DNA from: a virus
Reading direction: 5' to 3' (one strand)
DNA: 64,000 bases
Virus record (IMG/VR): IMGVR_UViG_3300008261_000042
This document shows positions 56,001 through 64,000 of this stretch, piece after piece (the first letter of the stretch is position 1; every line of letters begins with the position of its first letter). A program made the position numbers and the translations under genes. The notes under the pieces are model-generated. The model saw only the letters and a list, made by a program, of their open reading frames with translations. It made no database searches and had not been told where the DNA came from.

Positions 56001-57237
56001 TTATTCAACTAATTATATTTTACGAAATGAATCTTCTGTAGAAACTATAATTTCTACTATTAACACAATAGAAAATACAATAAATGAGATTTTAGTTATT
56101 CCTCCTACATCATATTCTGAAGTAAGAAATTCTCATTCAATAACTAGAATTTTCTATGCTCAGATTCCTCCTTTATCGACTATTGCAGAATCTGTTGTTG
56201 TTTCTCCAATAGAAACAACAATTGAATTAACAAATAATTTAAGTGTTGAAGTTGTTGATACCAAGAATACAATAATTTCTTCTCATATTGATGCTAGATA
56301 CGAAAATACATTTATATCAACACAATCTGCAAAAATTGTTTCCACAATTAAAGAAATTACTGATTTTGTAAGTTATGATATTAATTCTAGTTTAACAAGT
56401 TATTCATCGGCGGTAACTTCAACTAAGAATACAATTGAATCCACTACTACAGTAATTTCTAATTTTGTTGAGTATGATGTAACTCCAGTATCAATTCATG
56501 TATGTCCAATAATTAATTCTTCTTATATTGCTTCTTCTAGCAATATTGTAGCTTCTGTAAATCCAAATTCTTCAGAAACTACAATAAGAATTGACACCTC
56601 TGCTGGCATTTCTGGAACATCAAGAAGAGAAATAGATTATAATACAGGAATTCTTGATTTCTTCACAGAATCTGTCGTATTACAAAATCCAATAAAAACT
56701 AGAAACCAAGGATTCCTTACATTGTTAGAACCAATAAATGTCATTACATCAAGAAATGGTTCTACTGTAGAAGTGTCTAATAAAAATGTAGAAAGAGATG
56801 CTTTCTATGATGCTTATAATTTGGGGAATGCTGGATATACAATTACCGCATTTGAAAATAATGCTTTTATGAATACTGGAGCATTTGATGTATCAGGTTC
56901 TATTGAATCTATAACATATGCTTATCCAAATTTAACATTGAATGATTTTACCCAAAGAAAATATTCTTCAATTACTTTAACTGGAGAATTTTTCAATTTA
57001 GCTATTCCATCAATTAATGATATTGGATCTAGATTATCAACTAGTATTTCTAATACTTCATCAAGTATTACAATAAGTAATGCTTCAAAATTCCCAAGTA
57101 GTGGTAAAATTTTAATTAATAAAGAAATTATAAGTTATACTACTAAAAATGGAAACACATTATCAGGATTAACTAGAGGTGTAGACAATACAATTCCAGC
57201 ATCACATAGTTTGAATGACTACTTGAGGTCATTCTAA
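47092..57237 (+). CDS. gp7: Baseplate wedge initiator gp7-like giant protein
   Basis: Lies between gp6 and gp8. Motifs LIESQLP.F, IKNISDFY..KGT..SIKF.F and DSYFYQDYSYVIKS...W...IKETTHPAGF.LFGE. Also contains a YHYH-like domain. Confidence 0.85.
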   Translation: MAAKTRNISTLIESQLPGFIVSEYENFSKFVEKYYEQLEIQGQPLDIISNVTKYRDINYYEKNLLNQFTKLSSSIVETDTTITVEDATSFPEQNGYIKIGNEICFYKERTDTEFLEVSRGVSGNTTLGDLYETSNFVTTQAEPHYTNDTVYNVSNLFLYAFVKSFESQYLGGFPEAYLKGDVDKRVLIKNISDFYKAKGTNKSIKFIFNSIVSKSAEDTPETYNPKDFTLKSSTSDWVSNYSIKAKILTGDVNKLVGTKITQRTENSFASAVIDAVNYGGSDGVFEIILSPGSVNGNFKIAAQTTLRKDILVDNTTGDRIDVYSTLGWDQKGELIINSERISFTNKNVNQFIISGRSNPNTTHVAGTPVYSNDTLIATYEGGSATMLALGVLYNLNVVNGKPYSNSGDKVQISESGFESNHPVIQANWFLNTNFRKAFSPLNAQVAQAISDLNSDVSAIYEDDQYFYICSSGYPHHGILKESSPVNLEDQKFLKLVRKNPINTTEVYPISNRDVGILKDGSVVYGNKDFETVKFGEIISVNVENKGVGYKNPPFVLINNEPYKARCFLAGEVVDFVEILSDDIYEEEPIITITSGRNAKLKPVVTNGEITSIRVENPGEYYSSPPTIRIFDALGKGAFAEYEAIVSPEGQITRCKKISGGRFYNRNSLVVEVLPAGSGAFASAKIREWTKDRFKKYRLELDSNNSYVFSNFNPKIGLGYGVVANPANLRFRSNDNINSVLGENPGTKTHSPILGFAYDGNPIYGPYGFSDPGNANSTVVRINSGYQLNTSRQNGPSITEYELGTFVDDYVWVPSVNSGKTELDENNGRFCVTPEYPKGTYAYFVTINSSGQPVYPYIIGKNFYSLPVDSNYNSNISQDDLPKNLKRLKTSDIDNNGVNSFALIGDTTKGNINGAYSDYSIETFSVGSELFIDNLGTGGAGAKAFVSSVNGKNTTVLESVDEKALVIDLVQNAYLFEGDTLFQGDGVLLTQIIVDNTEINDFQSSESPNVKVVNDLSVGPDGSFRVIQDLSADLTQGEIIGDVVNDSRVVLRSVQNTFDPSLPVFATIKVLNLLLNKNGTYTKDSIISFIREDDGIVFGTGLVLEGSLKQNSLKVRIITGDIFASEDFIIKSNVLSDTSSAKIISTTSLSENLTITNINDKVAILQTDEDHNLANGDKVFVNIFPDDSITETTYYVRKRLYQKAVLEELNFNGKIIDTGIGRFDVLNSGADYESGTYTDVELIFVDSSKARKNIGKPGDPGNARATIEVFNVGGGFGRVSSITLTNKGYGYRKSDILTVADEDLNRLVASTRTARLNLFVDHSGFSAENTQLKLTTVNDLSNGDYLNIGNEIVKITSVNKTNKTVLLERGQKNTTASDHFNDQLVTFQETSYKLNTNYRILGDGLNSPYVVSYNPTTRELVVAYEYNVTNPTKILQSSIFFDQNNPSKFVKVESVQEPEYKLEFSKNQLNFDINPTIEIQKYYKYKFDTSHPSMLDTYLDFSSSLNYNLFTEEKNVSSNLPGTAGSFVSIKLGFGPNISSNTYEEISPVNFNNYYYFIKASANVNTDGSSLKVIDDPLSGEHTVIYSTNRKFVYNVRTLPQYDGSGAISYTTTSQFAIGSISNISINDTGNNYELLPICRGIIPSPLNIATVSATIDLTTGYLSSIVVTEQGNNYSKPIAIITDGDGIDYKLECISENGKLKAVNILNSGKGFTYNPTIKIFESDIKVFLTSDNIGIPKNIKLINSGYGYNSDYSTIPTYKSTSTFVLKNFEDDSFYAGEKIAQYENNILIAEAVVAKNGWRIGSNLLKVENIKGIFKNNLPIKGFARSKTALLISQLDTTFLPDIRTYSDNVGRFNSERGKLSSNSQKLTDSYFYQDYSYVIKSRTPIDFWRDLIKETTHPAGFQLFGELIVESEGNTSMPSEIKEIETHSFINLKPQNISVVNTRKYITENIVSFADSNIERGIGSVAIDTFDSSETVARELILARPFDGDFDPNSGILYGTKTFTLLDKKTNSAYAPYNESSLIITIDGVLQEPGKSFTIKGNKITFAQPPLGERLAEGQVVEAQKFYCRAIKFKDNTLNSTYIRKMQNISDQFDGETRIFDLYEENGSIVKTLPNEKLIVALNGVLQNARTTEEEPFENSYAIIRSQDPTVTDKIAFTEPPISHGELYDSTDDIVIREKCFIYSIGSYRRLSIDSRTVKYRGAGPFLILDEVQNSVVKVDDPLYAIVFIDGVLQIPGKSYDIVGPNITFSSPLQYYEDETGKQVLQKVSILLFYGRDKAKTLTFYDFEPNAYYSQANLVITGSPDVQNFYAWFANYLGSNVIVSQNGNKIGKIKSFVPGSNDLNLTLLCSAFYEIDSSDLIFINPESGDSFVLSGIESSSISYLEDEDGVRKLQVDVPSWLLGTKLGKDAYSERTKLYSNLNIGDLIKIDGESEFREIVSIPELVNTKQYNTGEFLPKDIYSRVQATNYNDIVRGEGLSITAEIDANGTITKLNWNRRDLMLFFNNNVLLQPTAYQYYTAPIIDFIPRTQNGGGARAEVIAIGGQIVDIVLIDGGYGYSEPPQVVISRGYNRIKGRSRKFDTTTILNVSPPIAFSDSLTSSSEVTLVSYGPAGQAIFSVINLSALAGELDVSRNIISIITPEEKIVTFSNPKDITQIIIQPPVPKLKSDIIRTSTAIHNYIDVPFDIVSSSTITSVNKELTTIISKQINEAFVQLDTASINDIGAFLDAPLSETDNIVYVPDTIRFPDSSRLLIGREIVYYEKKKTDRFLSVTRGADGTTAQTHNAGDYLRHLPKIVSVVPVGAAIIQSIVSIESDHDTFTELLKTVSTEIVEPSISHDLTSLTSSQQIELDNTEVDVIPWIGIIPPPSYNVISTVYSTSSSVQTIVESLKIDSSTSSVITVKQSNIQISVDQNINVDVSTLITSAQIISNAESSVDSLFATVITSTHNASEIMHDVNILSNATIENYSTNYILRNESSVETIISTINTIENTINEILVIPPTSYSEVRNSHSITRIFYAQIPPLSTIAESVVVSPIETTIELTNNLSVEVVDTKNTIISSHIDARYENTFISTQSAKIVSTIKEITDFVSYDINSSLTSYSSAVTSTKNTIESTTTVISNFVEYDVTPVSIHVCPIINSSYIASSSNIVASVNPNSSETTIRIDTSAGISGTSRREIDYNTGILDFFTESVVLQNPIKTRNQGFLTLLEPINVITSRNGSTVEVSNKNVERDAFYDAYNLGNAGYTITAFENNAFMNTGAFDVSGSIESITYAYPNLTLNDFTQRKYSSITLTGEFFNLAIPSINDIGSRLSTSISNTSSSITISNASKFPSSGKILINKEIISYTTKNGNTLSGLTRGVDNTIPASHSLNDYLRSF

Positions 57238-57241
57238 ATTT

Positions 57242-57255
57242 TATAAATATAAATA
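57242..57255 (+). promoter_or_regulatory. Tandem overlapping late promoters TATAAATA
   Basis: TATAAATATAAATA upstream of gp8. Confidence 0.85.
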
Positions 57256-57292
57256 AATCAGACAAAACGTTTTCACTAGAGAGATTAATTAA

Positions 57293-59122
57293 ATGGCTGC
57301 TATTATCTCAGATAAGTTTAGAATTTTTAATGCTAAACAGTTTCTAGAGTCTCTATCTGAAGGATCGACTGATAATGGTACTGAGCGTACCAGAATGTAT
57401 TTCTTTGTCGGTCGTCCACAAAGATGGGATTCATACGTAGAAATTTATAATAAAAATGCTACAGCTTTTGTTGCTGGCAATGAAGTATATGTTGGTGCTT
57501 CTTATGCTGGAGCAACTTTTAAAGCTACTGTTAGAGCTGTCTATGAAGATAGCCTACTTCTTTATAATGTTGGTCCTACAACATCTTCTGTACCAGCAGC
57601 AGGAGCAACTTTAAAGGGTTGGAATGGCACCGCTGATACTGGTGCTACTGCTGTTACTGGTGTTTATAGATATGCGTCGGAAGATGTTCCACCAGTACCT
57701 CTAGATAATCAAAAAGAAAAATTTGATCTTTATGACGATATTATTGCTGCGAAGAGAATTACATCTGATTTTGCTCGTGCAGTTATTCGTCGTTACAATT
57801 GGGATTTAGTTGCTAATCCTAAGTTTGACATGTGGAAGCCCGATTACTCTGCTACTCCAGGTAGCGGCGGTCAGGTAGGCAAACAAGCAGCTACAGGCGC
57901 TACTTCAATTGGAGATGCTAAGTTTTATGTAATTAATTCACAGTATGAAGTATTTAAGTGCCTATATAATGGTCAAAATCCAGCGAATTTAACTGGTCAA
58001 AATGCAACTAACGAGCCAAAAACCACTCCTTCAGCAGGTCAAGGTTCATATGCAAATGGTATCTTCACTGAAGAGGCTGGCAATGCTGGTTATGTTTGGA
58101 AATATATGTACACCATTCCTACAAATGATGTACTTCGTTTCCTTTCAACTGATTTCATGCCAATTGTTGCTCCTACAGACACTACTCGTCAGGCAACAGA
58201 AGCAGCTGCAGTTAATGGTGCAGTAAATGTGGTTCTAATTGAAGCTGCTGGAGCCAATCTTCCAAATGGTACACATTATGCTCCAATCATTGGTGATGGC
58301 ACTGGTGGTAAAGTTTCTTTAGTTGTGACCGCAGGTTCATTAGTTTCGGTATCAGTAACAGCTCCTGGAAGTGGTTATACTTATGCATCAGTTCCACTCA
58401 AAACTGGTACTGGTTCTGGAGCAACTGCATATGGTTTGTTTAGTGATTCTGCGTTAACTTCTTCTGTCACTGTTGGAAGTACAGCAACTGGAGCATTGGA
58501 AGGTGTTATTTCTCCACAAGGTGGTCATGGTTCTGATATGGAGCTTGAGCTTAATGCTAAGCGTGTTATGACAAATATTCGCCTAACCTATGCAGAAGGT
58601 TCAGGTGACTTCCCAGTAGATAATGATTTCCGCAGAATTGGTATTCTCAAGGATCCATTTGCATATGGTACAACTTCATTTGCTACTGTAGATACAGTTA
58701 ATGGTCTATATGCTGTTAAAATTGATGGTGCAACTGCAGATTTCCAACCAGATGAAACAATTACTCAAACAGTAACTGGCGGCGTTGCAAAAGGAACTGT
58801 TGTTTCTTGGACTCTTGATTCTGGTAGTACTACTGATGGTGTACTTAAGTATATCCAATCACCAGATCTCCACAAAGATTCTGGTAAAGTAAGAGCATTT
58901 GAATCAAATGGAGCTAATGCAATTACTGGATCAATCTCACTTGCTAGTGGTACTGTAGATACAGCAAATAATTCAACTGTTCTAGGAGTAACATTTGCAA
59001 ATGGTCTCGCAAATCCTGAAATTGCTGCTAATAGTGGTGATATGATTTATGTAGAAAATAGAAGACTAATCACCAGAGCACCAGACCAAATCGAAGATAT
59101 CAAACTCGTAATTGAGTTTTGA
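57293..59122 (+). CDS. gp8: Baseplate wedge subunit gp8
   Basis: MAAIISDKFRIFNA..F, FYVINSQYEVFKCLYNG, GYVWKYMYTI and ENR..ITRA.DQIEDIKLVIEF. Confidence 0.93.
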   Translation: MAAIISDKFRIFNAKQFLESLSEGSTDNGTERTRMYFFVGRPQRWDSYVEIYNKNATAFVAGNEVYVGASYAGATFKATVRAVYEDSLLLYNVGPTTSSVPAAGATLKGWNGTADTGATAVTGVYRYASEDVPPVPLDNQKEKFDLYDDIIAAKRITSDFARAVIRRYNWDLVANPKFDMWKPDYSATPGSGGQVGKQAATGATSIGDAKFYVINSQYEVFKCLYNGQNPANLTGQNATNEPKTTPSAGQGSYANGIFTEEAGNAGYVWKYMYTIPTNDVLRFLSTDFMPIVAPTDTTRQATEAAAVNGAVNVVLIEAAGANLPNGTHYAPIIGDGTGGKVSLVVTAGSLVSVSVTAPGSGYTYASVPLKTGTGSGATAYGLFSDSALTSSVTVGSTATGALEGVISPQGGHGSDMELELNAKRVMTNIRLTYAEGSGDFPVDNDFRRIGILKDPFAYGTTSFATVDTVNGLYAVKIDGATADFQPDETITQTVTGGVAKGTVVSWTLDSGSTTDGVLKYIQSPDLHKDSGKVRAFESNGANAITGSISLASGTVDTANNSTVLGVTFANGLANPEIAANSGDMIYVENRRLITRAPDQIEDIKLVIEF

Positions 59123-59137
59123 TTTAAAATAAAAGTT

Positions 59138-59169
59138 AAATCTCCCCTTATTGGGGAGATTTTTTTTTA
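59138..59169 (+). terminator. Rho-independent terminator
   Basis: AAATCTCCCC-TTATT-GGGGAGATTT followed by a T run. Confidence 0.85.
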
Positions 59170-59226
59170 TCTTTACTGATAAATAAGATAGGGAAATAGG
59201 TTCCAAAGTAGAGAGATTCATTTACG

Positions 59227-62200
59227 ATGCCACAGAAGACAAATCTTAACGTATCACCATATTTTGATGATTTTGATCCACAAAAGAATTTTACTAGTAA
59301 TTCCTGGCGAGATTGGACTTAATACAAAATTAGATTATGTCAAGTTATCTTCAGTTTCTGAAGTTGCTGTAAATGAAAATGGCGCTATCGTATATAAAAA
59401 ATATGATATTAAAAATTTAATAGGATCTACTTTACGTGGCATTAATTCTGGTGTAACTGGAGTTGTTATTGAAACTGAGTACGCAACTACAGAAGAAGCA
59501 GATACAATTTTTGTTAATTATGTAAACAGTGGCGATGCAGGAAATGAATCTACTTTTAGACAAGGAGAAACTTTAGAAGTGGTAGGTGGTATTAATACTC
59601 CATTGTTGGTAGTGGGAACAGATGGTAGTGTTTTACCTACTACAATTTCTGTATACAATCCCGAAACACAAGAAACTACCTCATTGACTAGTCCAGCAAT
59701 GGGATATGCTACCGCATTAAAAGTAGAAGAAGGTATCTATTTCGTAAACGGTTATTTTGTAAGAAACCAAGAACAACTTTTAATTGTTGACAAATATTAT
59801 GATAAGCCATCTGCAAAAATTGGATTTAACATTATTGAAGATATTATAACTCCAGAAGAAGATGCATCTCTTTACGACAATGCTAGAGGGTTTTCAAACT
59901 ACTCTGCTCCTGGAGCACATAGATTAAAACTTTCTCTTGATCTCAAGAAATATGGATATGAACAATTAACTGATAAAAATTTCATACAGTTAATTAAAAT
60001 TAAAAATGGTATTGTAGAAAAGCAAGTAAGACCAGCAGATTATACATTACTAGAAGAAACACTAGCAAGGAGAACTTTTGATGAATCTGGTGATTATGTA
60101 GTAAAAGATTTTTCAGTAGATATTAGAGAGTACTACCAAAAAAACAACAACGGAGGTATTTTCAAATTATCTGCGAATGGATTAGTAAATAATATTTCAG
60201 AAGAACAAGCATCTAAAAAATTACTTGCAAGTATTGGACCTGGCAAAGCATATGTGCGTGGTTTTGAAATAGTAAATAAAGAAACCAAGTATTTAGAAAT
60301 CGATAAAGCAAGAGATACTTTAACAAGAGATAATGTAACTATTAAATCCAAAGGCTCTTCTACATTTAAAATTTCTAACGTATTTGGTAGTGTACCTCTT
60401 AATAATGTTGCAGGAGATTTGACAGCTTACCCAGATGTTTATTTGAGCTGTGTATTTAATGATGGTTCAATTGGGTTAAATGGTCAAGAAGAAGATGATT
60501 ATTTTAAACTCACAAAATCTAGAAGAGCACAAACATTTACATTAAAAGATGGTATAAAAACAATTTATGTTCAAGTTGCTGATAATTTACCAGCTTCAAG
60601 AAATGAATATCCATCTACTTTATGGTATGTAAAAACTCGTAGTGGTGGAGAACCTTCTTCCGTTGGTTCAGTTGATGTTTTAGCTGGGTCTATTTGCAAA
60701 AGAAATGATGTTTCTACTGCTGCTGGACAATTTTATGTAGAATTTACTATTACTGGAGATAAATCAGTATTAGATACATATTTTCTTGAGTACGATGATG
60801 GAGGAGCTGGTAAGCTACGACTACTGTACGAAACAGAAGCAGATGCTCTAGCAGGTGCTGCTACTTATTATGGCAGGATAGTTGATTATAACAATACAAT
60901 TACTCCAGTAATTGGAATTACAAAGCCAAAGAATTTTACTCTTTCTGATAGAGCATTAGGTTTTAATCCAGATACAGACATTGTTGTTTCCAAAGGAAGG
61001 AGTGGTATAAATTCAAGACCATATAGTGGTATTTTTAATTTTTCTTATTTTAATCCAATTTTCTTCACAAAACTTACATTAGAAGAATCCCCATCTATTG
61101 GATTTGATATTGGAAAATATATTACAGGAAAAACTAGCAATGCATATGGAGTAATTGAATCTGATACTACAGAAAATTATAGCAGTGGCAATACTTTATT
61201 TGTTACCGTTCTTTCTGGAGAATTTATTTCAGGAGAAACTATTTCTGACGAAGATGGAAATAGTTTAAAAATTGCAACAGATAACACAATTTCACATTTC
61301 ATTGTCACTAATCGTGGCAATGGATATACCACAGATGTCAAATTAATTATTGATGGTGATGAAGTTAATTCTACTAAAGTAAATCCAGAATTAATTGGAG
61401 GATCTATTTACAAAATTGATATTAATGATAAGAATGCATTAAGAAAAGAATATGCAGCTCCGCCTATAGTGACTGCATCCCCTCAGCCAGATTCTCAAGA
61501 AAATTACGCAACGATTGTCCCAGTATTATATAAAAATACTGTTTTAATTTATAATCCACAAAATGTAAAATCAATATATTCTAACTACAATAATTACGTA
61601 TTTACGGCAGATATTGATTTTACAAAAACAGAATATTCTGCATACAAGCAAATTACTAACTTTACTTTCTCTGGAAAGAAAGGAGATCGTTATATTGAAT
61701 GCAATGGTTTTGGAGCAAATTTATCTAAAGATTTAATTCAAGGTGATATTATTCAATTTACTGATGAAGTTAATCAAGTAATTAAAAATATTGTTCAATA
61801 TACTTCCGACGCTCAAGGTGTATTCAAGTCAAGAATTTATTTAGACTATAGTTTACCAAATGATATTGTAAATGCAAGCGTAGTTAGAATTAGACCAAAT
61901 ATTGAAAATGTTACTTCATCTTTAGTTTATCCAACAGGAAGCAAGCAAGTTGCTTCTTTAGTAAAAGATACTTCAGATACAAAAATCAAATGCTATATTA
62001 GAAAAGATTTCACTACAGATCTTTCTTCTAGCGGTGGTACTCTAACTTTTACTGCTCAACTAGCTACAGGATTTCAAAGATTTGTTTCATATTCAGAAAA
62101 TTCTTTTGTCCTAACAGTTTTAGATAAAGGAGGTTCGACCGCAGTAAACACTGGAGATATTGTTTATATTCCAGAAGAATATATATCAATTAATAATCCA

Positions 62201-64000
62201 TCAACAGATTCAACTGGGATTACAACTGGTTCTGCTGTGATTACACTACCAGATAACTATTTTGGTTCTGGTTTAACTAATTATCCTAAATTGAAATTAA
62301 CTGCTACTGTAGAAATTGATAAAGCTAAGCCAAGGTTAAAGACTTCAATTACTAATAAAAGAATTGTTGTTAGCTCAAGTGGCGATAAAGTTATTCCATT
62401 ACGTGGTATTGATTACGATGGAGAAAATATCGAAGTTTATTCATATTCTGATGCATACAAATTAAGATATGTTTATGAAGGTACATCAACTACACCACCA
62501 GACGTTGATGCAAGTGGACAATTAATTAGTGGCACAGATATTACATACAAATTTACATTCGATGATGGTCAACGAGATACTTTATATGATGTCTCTAGAA
62601 TCGTTCTCAAGCCAGGATTTGATGCTCCTAATGGACAATTAGTTATTGCATTTGATTATTTTGAACACTCACAAGGAGATTTTTGTACGGTAGATTCATA
62701 TTTACATGAAGCAGGAGTACCTGCAGAAGAAATTCCATCATTTAATTCTGCATTAAATGGAATTGTTTCACTAAAAGATGTAATTGATTTTAGACCAAAA
62801 GTAGATTCTAATACTACTATTACGGGATTCCAAGATGTTTCTATTTTAGCAAATCCAGAAGGTAAGAGCTATGTAAACTTCGTTGGAGATGGAGGAGTAA
62901 TTTCATCAACACCAGCATCAGATAAAAATCTTGAGTATACTATTTCATTTAGCGAAACGCAATACTTAGATCGTATTGATGGAATTTTCTTAAATAAAAA
63001 AGGAGAGTTTATTGTAAAGCAAGGCAATTCTTCAATGAATCCTTCTAAGCCAGATAATGTAGATGATGCAATTGCTATTTGCTATATTCATATTCCATCA
63101 TTTACTATTACTAGCAAAGATGTACGAATTGTTCCAGTAGACAATCGTAGATATACTATGCGTGACATTGGAAAATTGGAGAAGCGCATTGAACGTCTCG
63201 AATACTACACAACTTTAAGTATTCTTGAACAACAAGCACTCAACATGCAAATTAAGGATGAGATTGGATTAGATAGATTTAAGAGTGGCTTTATTGTAGA
63301 TAATTTTGAATCGCATGGCATCGGTAATATCAAATCATCGGATTACAGATGTTCTATAGATACTCAGCAAGCTGTTTTACGTCCACAGGTCAAAGAAAAT
63401 AGTCTTAATCTAGTTGAGATTAACACTAGAGATGATCAACGTTCTATTGCTGGATATACAAAATCAAATAATATTGTAACATTACCATTTAGATCAATAA
63501 AAGTTCTTGGCAATGAATACGCAACCAAGACTATAAATCCAAATCCATTTGTGGTTATTCAATATGTTGGAGATTGTTCCATATCTCCAGTTATCGACCA
63601 GTGGTATGATACTTCTATTGCTCCATTGGCAATAAACAATAATACAAGTCATTTTACTATTTTCCAAGCAAAAGATGATGTAAAAGAATCACTATCTAGT
63701 ATATTCAATTCATTTGTTATTAATTGGGTTGGAACAAATGCTTCATTTTTAAATATAAATTCGTTTGCTTCTGTTGCTAGCGAAACTACAAATTCTTCGG
63801 TTCAACAAGCGTCTATTGCAAGTTCTTCTAATGTTAATCCACAAAATAATGAAATTGGAAAAGGTATTAATTCAAAGACAGTAAACAACAATAGTGTCGC
63901 ATCATCATTGCAGTTTTTTGCTAGATCTATTCCTATTAAATTTAAGGTTCAACGATTAAAAGCTAATACAAATTTAAATGTTTATGTTGATGGTAGAAAT
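59227..64000 (+). pseudogene. VrlC / DUF4815-like large virion structural protein, disrupted near its 5' end and running off the window
   Basis: MPQKTNLNVSPYFDDFDPQKNF in one frame stops after 31 codons. A second frame resumes at 59294 (LVIPGEIGLNTKLDYVKLSS...APGAHRLK...RRYTMRDIGKLEKRIERLEYYT...DRFKSGFIVDNF) and is still the reading frame at the window end. Confidence 0.8.

Noticed and set aside
59287-59296. Programmed +1 frameshift at AAT TTT A
   Set aside because: A slip would join the frames but would not restore the conserved segment that appears to be missing, so a deletion explains it better.

Overview
This window is a 64 kb piece of a T4-like cyanophage (cyanomyovirus) genome, with all credible genes on the + strand. 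It has four blocks. (1) 1-20.9 kb: a late tail and fibre operon, containing a 5'-truncated giant virion protein, three tail-collar proteins, three paralogous fibre-like proteins with a shared C-terminal module, and a tail assembly chaperone. (2) 21-38 kb: an early block with an SF2 helicase, a 2OG-Fe(II) oxygenase, a CxxC redoxin and about 60 small overlapping ORFs. Many of these ORFs start at an ATGACTGA junction that has stops in both alternative frames. (3) 38-43.6 kb: a sparsely coding regulatory island. It holds cyanobacterial-type DnaA boxes next to an AT-rich stretch, most of the roughly 11 copies of a 24 bp palindrome found upstream of sigma70-type promoters, many long perfect hairpins and AT-rich repeats, a GP88-like gene and two KTSC-like genes. 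(4) 43.7-64 kb: a late baseplate operon with a PAAR-like gene, gp25, gp6, gp7, gp8 and a VrlC/DUF4815-like gene whose 5' end carries an apparent frameshifting deletion. I saw no tRNA, rRNA, CRISPR array, integrase or reverse transcriptase. Family assignments come from motif recognition only; no searches were run.
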